Origin: Macrostomum lignano
Taxonomy: Eukaryota
DNA length: 33,192 nucleotides
Reading direction: 5' to 3'
Assembly (NCBI GenBank): GCA_002269645.1
Contig: NIVC01003846.1
Coordinates: 1 to 33,192 of the forward strand
Part shown: in pieces, positions 26,019-33,192 of the stretch
How positions within the stretch are numbered: position 1 is the stretch's first letter
Layout of the letters: every line of letters begins with the position of its first letter
Notes under the pieces: model-generated
Told to the model about the DNA's origin: nothing
The model's input: the letters and a program-made list of their open reading frames with translations, nothing else
Database searches by the model: none
Made by a program: the position numbers and the translations under genes

Positions 26019-28815
26019 CTATAGACTTTTAGATTGCTTGAATCTTTGCTTTGCGGTTTTATTGCCATTTTCTACAATGGAGAATAGCCACAAAAATGAC
26101 CCAAAAAAGCACCCAATTACCCATTACCCATGTATAGAGCTATTGTCGATGAAGTCGTGGTTTATGACTTTAAAGTGAATCCAAACACCACGAAAGCTGG
26201 TCCAATCGCTCAGGCACCGCCAAGCAGCTCCAGCATTGTCCTTAGCCTGTCTTTGTCGTCGAAGCCACCCAACTTTGTCTTCTTCTTCTGGCCGCTCCGT
26301 TTAAGCTGGCGCCGACTGCTGCCTCTGCTATGCGCGCGCTGGTTGCGCCTGAAATTGATTAATTTTTACTATTATTTTGCAACGTTACGCTAGTAGGCTG
26401 GAAGCTAAGCTAGATGCACACAAATAGACTTCACTCTGTCATCATTACTCCTTTGCCAACTTTTTACAGTGCTTTTTTGCGAAACCAGCTGCCGTAGAGA
26501 CTGCTTCCCCTGAACTTCTCATCAAACTCTTATCAGGGATCAAATCAAGTCAAGTGAAGTCAAGATTGTGAGAGTCGTGAGCAGGTTGATCATAAGCACT
26601 CTAACCCCTCTCACCCTTCTCACCCTGCTTATTCTTCTTCCCCTTCTCATCCAATCACCTTCTCAACCTTCTAGCATTTCGGTTGTGGGCACCCTGACGC
26701 AACGTCTTTGGCGACATTGTCCCGCAAACCAGCGCTGACGGCAACTCGTACACACGCTCACACAGGGTGCACAGCGGCCCTGACTTTCTAATCGTCAGGC
26801 ATGTGCACTGTCTGTGCCTTGTGGGTTGGCCCACATGGGTGCGAATCGCACGACAACCCCCGGGCCCCAACTTAATACAATGTATGGCCGCGCACGGAAT
26901 CGAACTCGGAATTGTGCCGAGTGTCAGACGCGTCTAGCGCTGAGCTACACGGCCCCCTAGGTTTAGGGTTAGGGATAGGGTTAGCAAACGGCAGTCAAAA
27001 ATCGTAAACCCCTTTTACCCCTCTCACCCCTCTCACCCCTTTCACCCTCTCACCCTCTCACCCTCTCACCCCTCTCACCCTCTCACCCCTCTCACCCTCT
27101 CACCCTCTCCCCCCTCTCACCCTCTCACCCCTCTCACTCTCTCACCCCTGTCACCCCTCTCACCCTCTCACCCCTGTCACCCCTCTCACCCTCTCACCCT
27201 GTCACCCCTCTCACCCTCTCACCCCTCTCACCCCTCTCACCCCTCTCACCCCTCTCACCCCTCTCACCCCTCTCAACTCTCTCACCCCTCTCAACTCTCT
27301 CAACTCTCTCACCTCTCTCAGCCCTCTCTCTCACCTTTGGCCACTGCGCTTTGATTTTCCGCGGCCGCCCGCCTTGCCGCCCTTCCAGCCCCGCTCACGC
27401 CAGTACTTCTCCCGTCGCCTGGTAAGGAAGCGCCGATAATCTGCCGCCGGATCTTCGGCTTCTCCCCGCTGGCCCCGGCGGCCCTGACGGTCCGACCGGC
27501 CACCGCCGATCAATACCATCTTGGCCGAGCCGACTCGAACCCGCTTCCCGTTTGCCACCAACACAAAGCGAAGCGCAACGTCGCCGTGGCGCCGGTCTCG
27601 CTTAGAACGGCGCATCAGTCGGTGCGCCTGTCGCAACAGCTTGCGCAGGGATAGGCGCAGGGTGCACTCGTTTCTATGGCAACTGGTGCGTACGCCGCTC
27701 AACCGTTGGCCGCCGCCACTTGAGCTGCCAGCGGCCACAGCTTTCTGACTTTTTCTTGACGGCTTTGCGTGTCTCTGGCGACAGTTCTTCGGCGGCTTGG
27801 AGCCGAGCGGCAGAGCGACCAGATCTTTCCCGATCTGGTTGGACCAGAACGGACATAACATGTACGCTTGTAATTCCAAAAAGTTGAGTTCAGTTAAAGA
27901 TTTAAATAGGCCATTTCGAATGTTGGACTTTTTTACGAATATAATAATTTAAAAATGTTTGATTACACCTACCCCGATAGGCAGATGTGCAACCGACAGC
28001 TCAGCCGCAGCTATTTGCGCGGCGCATCTGAAGGCTGCGTACGGCTGTTCCGTCCAAGGACTGATGGGGGGGGGTCGCCACACACACCCTCAATTACCCC
28101 AGCTAATGCTGGCACCCATTTTACAGCTGGGTGAACTGAAGCAATGCAGAGTTAAGTGTCTTGCTCAAGGACACAGATTGTTCCGAGTGGGTAGAGAATC
28201 GAACCCCCGACCTTCAAGTCGTGAGTCCGACGCTCTAACCACTAGGCTACAACCCCCTGATCAAATATTACCACGAAAGTGTATAAAAACTAGTCTCTTG
28301 ATTACTGACAATTACAAAACCGGCTACAGGTGTACAGAGACGTTGACTTTCTCACCATCATCAGGACCAACTTTCTTACCTGGTACACAATCCTCCACGA
28401 CCGATCGCCGCGTTTCCTGGCGTACACCCGGCCGCGCCAGATGGTCAGGCGACGTCCTTCCCAGCCACGCTTCGCCAAAGTGAACAGTGTCATGCGCTGC
28501 TGCTTCTGCTTTTTCCTCACTCCTCCTCCTCCTCCTCCTTTTACACTGACGCTGCCCAGCCAGGAGATCCGGTAGGTTGCATCGCCGAACTGCAGCCGGC
28601 CCGAGTCGCAGCGGGCTCGGCACTGGCGCCAGCTGCGCGCTCCGTGACCGGCAAGGCGGCGGCACCAGTCGGGCACCGGCTGGCAGGAGGCGGCTGGCAG
28701 CAGCTTCGCAGCCGGATAGGCGGTCTGGCAGTTCAGCTTCCTGGCGTTGCTGCCACCGCTGCTCGCTGTCACAGTGTCTGAACTGCCAGTGAGTGGGATA
28801 AAGGATAAAGCGATA
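26019..28815 (-). CDS. Uncharacterised basic (R/K/G-rich) multi-exon gene Y. Proposed exons 28815-28380, 27834-27335, 26348-26218, 26071-26019 (stop); 5' exon(s) unresolved, possibly including one ending at 31344
   Basis: GC3-rich frames with phase-compatible junctions: CAG|GTAAGA to CCAACCAG|ATC (phase 0); CAAAG|GTGAGA to ATTTCAG|G (phase 2); GGCG|GTGCCT to CATTGTAG|AA (phase 1), ending at TAG. No domain recognised. Confidence 0.5.
26690..26955 (-). mobile_element. tRNA-derived SINE family 1, best-preserved head
   Basis: Minus strand GGCCGTG-TAGCTCAGCGCTAG...GAGTTCGATTCC-GTG-CGCGGCC: 7-bp acceptor stem, A- and B-boxes, broken T-stem; followed by the family body with the hairpin at 26767-26808. 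Confidence 0.8.
26958..26984 (+). repeat. Short interstitial telomere-like tract (TTAGGG)n, ~4 degenerate units
   Basis: TAGGTTTAGGGTTAGGGATAGGGTTAG. Confidence 0.55.
27011..27331. repeat. (CCCTCTCAC / CCCCTCTCA)n 9-10-bp satellite at the 5' end of a gene Y intron
   Basis: Seen directly; related degenerate units at ~26605-26670. Confidence 0.95.
27959..28257 (-). mobile_element. tRNA-derived CORE-type SINE (family 2)
   Basis: Head GGGGGTTGTAGCCTAGTGGTTAGAGC...GGGGTTCGATTCTC (A/B boxes); central TGTGTCCTTGAGCAAGACACTTAAC...TCAGTTCACCCAGCTGTAAAATGGGT resembles the MIR/CORE domain; second copy at 30517-30809. Confidence 0.85.
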
Positions 28816-28943
28816 CTGTAGGCTTAGCTAGTCTACTTTGCTTTTGAGGGGCTTGTTTCTTTGGAGCTGGAAGTTTTGCTGCGGATCCTTGTTCTCAAGG
28901 GATAAAAGGTTTCAGCATGAAGTCGCAGGCTTAGCCAAACCAA

Positions 28944-29365
28944 CACGCGGATCGTACAAGCGAGGCAATATTGGTTCTGTTCTGTTGCGTCACGCGGATC
29001 GTACAAGCGAGGCAATATCGGTTCTGTTCTGTTGCGTCACGCGGATCGTACAAGCAAGGCAATATCGGTTCTGTTCTGTTGCGTCACGCGGATCGTACAA
29101 GCGAGGCAATATCGGTTCTGTTCTGTTGCGTCACGCGGATCGTACAAGCGAGGCAATATCGTTCTGTTCTGTTGCGTCACGCGGATCGTACAAGCGAGGC
29201 AATATCGGTTCTGTTCTGTTGCGTCACGCGGATCGTACAAGCGAGGCAATATCGGTTCTGTTCTGTTGCGTCACGCGGATCGTACAAGCGAGGCAATATC
29301 GGTTCTGTTCTGTTGCGTCACGCGGATCGTACAAGCGAGGCAATATCGGTTCTGTTCTGTTGCGT
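28944..29365. repeat. 47-bp minisatellite CACGCGGATCGTACAAGCGAGGCAATATCGGTTCTGTTCTGTTGCGT, 9 copies
   Basis: Units start at 28944, 28991 and onward; near-identical, no spacers. Confidence 0.98.
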
Positions 29366-30064
29366 GTTAGCAGCTGGTCAACTCTGCGTCACCAACCTTC
29401 CACAATTCCTGAAGCTCCTGAAGTCCTGAACCATCAAATTAGCCATAAAAATGTCACACAAAAGGTGTTAAAAGCGAAGAAAGGAAATCTGTACAAGCCA
29501 TTTGACAGGGCAAAAGTGAAGGAGCCTCAGGGAACCAAGCGGTGGTAACGCTCAAAAATCGGGAGCCCCCTCCAGGAAATTGTCTACTGAATAGTAGGTA
29601 GGAAGGAATTTAAAGCGAATCTCTAACAGAGTGCAAAATCCCGGCCTTTCCCCCCTCCTTCTAAAGCTCCCAAAAAGGGAAGACGACCTGAAAAAAATTT
29701 ATAGGCTGTTCAGTGATCGCATTAATTTGATTTGCTTGTTTTTAGTCAGCTTTAATTTTGAAGCACCGTTCAATGCAACTAACAGTTAGGAACGGTACTT
29801 AACACTTTCGTTTAGCAGAAAATAGCATAAAATACGAGTATGTTTCTGAAATAAAATGGTAAAGACTCACCATGTGACATACAACAGAAATGTCCAGGCT
29901 AGCAGAGCAACGCTTTGGGGCTACAACGCAAATTTTAGATATGAATAACATTTTTAGATTAGTTGAATAGCAATCAGCGCCCCCTGTTGGGGAAGCAACA
30001 AAGAAAGAAGTTATTATTTTTGAATAAACTGCATGTGGCTTCTGACCTCTCACTCAGCCGTGCC

Positions 30065-30352
30065 ATCTCACCAATTCCCCCGTGAGCCTTGACATCTCAG
30101 CAATCCCCCCGTGAGCCTTGACATCTCAGCAATCCCCCCGTGAGCCTTGACATCTCAGCAATTCCCCCGTGAGCCTTGACATCTCAGCAATTCCCCGTAA
30201 GCCTTGACATCTCAGCAATTCCCCGTGAGCCTTGACATCTCAGCAATTCCCCCGTAAGCCTTGACATCTCAGCAATTCCCCCGTAAGCCTTGACATCTCA
30301 GCAATTCCCCCGTAAGCCTTGACATCTCAGCAATCCCCCCGTAAGCCTTGAC
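30065..30352. repeat. 28-29-bp minisatellite CCCCCGT(G/A)AGCCTTGACATCTCAGCAAT(C/T), ~10 copies
   Basis: Seen directly. Confidence 0.97.
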
Positions 30353-30516
30353 TTAAGTAAAGTAGATGTCGAAGGTCGCTACACGAAAAGTATGCCCGGA
30401 GATCGGCAACGCACAAAATATAGCTGTGTTTTTTTAAAAGATTTCGCAAAAAAAGTTGCTGCTTTTTGCACAGCGCTGAATGGGGTTGTGGCATAGACTT
30501 TAGTGCTCAATTCCCA

Positions 30517-30809
30517 GGGGGTTGTAGCCTAGTGGTCAGAGCGTCGGACTCACGACTGAAAGGTCGGGAGTTCTAATCTCCATCTACTGGAACAATCTGT
30601 GTCCTTGAGCAAGACGCTTAACTCTTGCATTGCTTCAGTTCACCCAGCTGTAAAATGGGTGCCAGCATTAGCTGGGGTAATTGAGGGCGTGTGTGGCGAC
30701 CCCCCAGTCCTTGGACTGAACAGCCGTACGCAGCCTTCAGATGCGCCGCGCAATAGCTGCGGCTAAGCTGTCGGTTGCACATCTGGCCCATTAGTGCAGG
30801 TGTAATCAA
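30517..30809 (+). mobile_element. tRNA-derived CORE-type SINE (family 2), second copy
   Basis: Inverted near-copy of 27959-28257 over its full length, ending GGTGTAATCAA. Confidence 0.85.
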
Positions 30810-31758
30810 TTACAAACATTGAAACACTAAAACTGTTACCACTGCGTTGCTCTGCCATCCAGGCTTCGGACTTCTCCTATGCTACTCTCTGCAGGACTCA
30901 TTTTATGCTTTTTATGTTTTTTTTCTGCGACGTTGGCGACTTTGAGCTGGAATGTAAAATAGCGCTCAAATTCAACGGTTTAAAAACTTACAGATTGGCG
31001 GCTCATTTGTCTTCTGCGATGGTAATTCGTCTTAACTTTTCACAAAATATAACTTATTCTCCTTTAAAACGAATAAGGCTTCGAAAAATACATGTATGAA
31101 GTTTGAGAGCACAATTTAAGCATGTGTGATTGTTTGACTTGATTTTCAACATTTTCCGTTCACACTGCCCCGTAGCTGCGCCGACAAGCGGCTCTCAAAT
31201 CCGCCAACACGTTTTCCCATTAGGCCGAATTGTGCCGAAAATGAAATTTTCTTGACCCAGAATCTGACTGACTGGCCGACTGCCCTCTGCCGGGCACCAA
31301 AACAGAAAAATCTCGCCAAAAATTCTCAATCAAAACTATTTACCGCGTCCCTAGCTTCAGCAGTTTTACTGTATCAAGTATATTGTTGAATGAGAAAACA
31401 CTGGTCAGAATGATATTTTGCTGAACCAAGCGAAAGCAATGTCTGCTAGGGCCAATGCAGAGAGTCACAAAAAGCTGAAGTATCATCGAAAAAATATTGA
31501 TAGAATCGAGCCTGTCTGCAGGCCAGGCCAGTCGGAGTTGGCAGGTCAAAAACGATGAGCAAAATAATAAGTTGCTTCCAATCCATCAAGCAGAGCGGAA
31601 AAATCAACATGAAGTACAAAGTAAATAAATCTTTCATTACAGCTGAAGCCAGTTGTCACCAAGTGCAAATTTCACATTGGCACCATTGCAGTCCGCAAAA
31701 TCAGGTTTTGCATGTTCAAGTAAAAGTTGACCCCTTGAAGTCCGGTTCAGCTGTTCAG

Positions 31759-33192
31759 CTACTGGACGCAGCAGGCCCGCGAGTTTTCCACCCGGTTGAC
31801 TCGCCACTGGCTCACCAGCTGCGCGATCTTCATGCCGGCGGCCAGAGACGGGTTGGTCTCGTCCCCGGCCCCGCCGCCTCCGGCCAGTCCTTGTCGCTCC
31901 TTGTACACGGCCTCCTCCTGCCGGCTGGGCAGCTCGTTGACCACCCGCACCAGGGTAGCGTCTGACGGGTCAGCGATCGCCAGCAGCGTCAGGGAGCCAT
32001 CGATGCCGCCGCAGGCGATGCCGCGACCGTCAAGGGCGCTGACCATCGACTTGATCTCGGCGTGCACTTTGAAGTCGGCCAGCAGGGCGGCGTCCTCGAC
32101 TCGGATTAGCCGGATAGTCTTTCTGCCGCTGTGAAAGTGCGCAATGTACTTGTCGCCCTCCGTGAATATTGTGATGCTGGGAAACACTCCGTCAGAAGTC
32201 TGCCGCCGAAGCACCCACTTGGAGTTCTGCGGCTTCCGCAAGTCGATCAGCTTCACGCCGCCAACCAGAGGTGAGAACAGGCCGAAGCGGCCGTCGGCAG
32301 TACGCAGCCCTTGCCACTCGGGCACGGAGCGCACACCAACTGCTTCTTGCGCGAATCCCAGAGCTGGCCTTTCTCCTCATCGATAAAAGCGATCCAGCCC
32401 GGCTTGTCCGGCAGGGAGACAATTTGCTTCACGGCATTGGTGCCCTCCAGCTTTGGCTTTGTCTTCTCAACGAATGCGCCAGTCGCGGCGTTATAATAGG
32501 ACACTATGAACTTCTCCTTGGCAGTGCAGGGTACCAACAGCTGCATGCTGTCGATGGAGAATATTGGCGGCACAAAGTCTACAAAGTAGTATTCAAATTC
32601 ATATAGCAGCTGGCTGCTGGGCACTGCGTAGCAGCAGATTGCAGCCGTCTTAGAGGCGCGCTTCTCCATGCTAACGGCCAGGACTTTTGAGCCGTCCAGC
32701 GTCATCTCCAGGGCTTCGACTGGGCCCGAAGTCGCGTGACAAGAGTGACCCGCCGTCCGGCAGGACCAGAAGACGAGGCGCCGGCTGTCGGCCGACACGG
32801 CCACGCTGGCATCGTGAGAGATGAGCGCCTTGAAGATGACAGCGTTTCCACTAGCCGAAAAAGTTTTCAACAGAACGGCCCGCTGTACGTCCCACAGTCC
32901 CAGGTAGGTGCGAGCCACGTGAGCGCCGTGCAGCCATCCTTCGACAAGGAGATGTAGTCTATCGGCTTCTCCATGTGGTGAATGTTGAACACGCGCTCCA
33001 TGATATTGTTAAAGTTCCACACCTTAATGGTCTTGTCCATGGATGAGGAGACAACGCAATTCAGTGCCACGGAATTGGTCATGGAGACAATGCGACCGAA
33101 ATGGGCGTCCAGCTTCTTCATCAGAGTGCCGGTCTTGCACGAGTAGGCCATGACTAGGTGGCGGACGGCGGAGATCATGAACTCATTTCCGC
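31759..33192 (-). CDS. C-terminal WD40 beta-propeller region of a probable NACHT-WD40 (NWD1/NWD2-like) protein; 5'-truncated by the window; two frameshifts (~32918, ~32334); pseudogene or assembly error
   Basis: WD repeats (AHFGRIVSM...VVSSSMDKTIKVWNF; YLGLWDV; GQLWDSRKK; GGIDGSLTLL) are spread over three consecutive ORFs that join after two small indels. The frame is open to the window end; stop TAG 31759-31761 follows SRACCVQ. The NACHT domain itself is not in the window, so the family call is inference. Confidence 0.8.

Noticed and set aside
26885-26955. tRNA gene candidates here and at 21960-22042, 28185-28257 and 30517-30590
   Set aside because: T-stem or acceptor stem is broken and each is followed by a shared non-tRNA body: SINE heads, not functional tRNAs.
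28838-29548. 236-aa ORF through the 47-bp repeat
   Set aside because: Frame-cycling repeat translation with no support as a gene.

Overview
Eukaryotic (animal) genomic DNA with spliceosomal GT-AG introns, GC3-rich exons, AT-rich spacers and many minisatellites. The style and a decayed RTE-LINE fragment suggest a free-living flatworm such as Macrostomum (inference, not verified). Genes: a complete two-exon SRSF4/5/6 (B52-type) SR splicing-factor gene (+, 2771-4324); an HMG20-like HMG-box gene (-, 13151 to ~15350) with no native 5' exon visible; a second, 5'-truncated SR copy (+, ~15572-17148); two uncharacterised multi-exon minus-strand genes (~20316-24857, ~26019-28815); and the 3' part of a WD40 beta-propeller gene (NWD/NACHT-WD type, -, 31759 to window end) with two frameshifts. 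The dominant structure is a direct segmental duplication (2788-10653 vs 15613-21890) separated by a 4.96-kb unrelated insert. The insert begins at a hAT-like terminal inverted repeat, carries the HMG20-like gene and ends in a 40-bp minisatellite that supplies a new in-frame ATG to SR copy 2. Two tRNA-derived SINE families are present: a CORE-SINE and a family carrying a hairpin with compensatory substitutions. The SR intron contains candidate poison-exon splice signals nested in an inverted SINE pair. No CRISPR arrays, rRNA genes or intact tRNA genes. All gene models were derived by hand and are unvalidated by transcript data.
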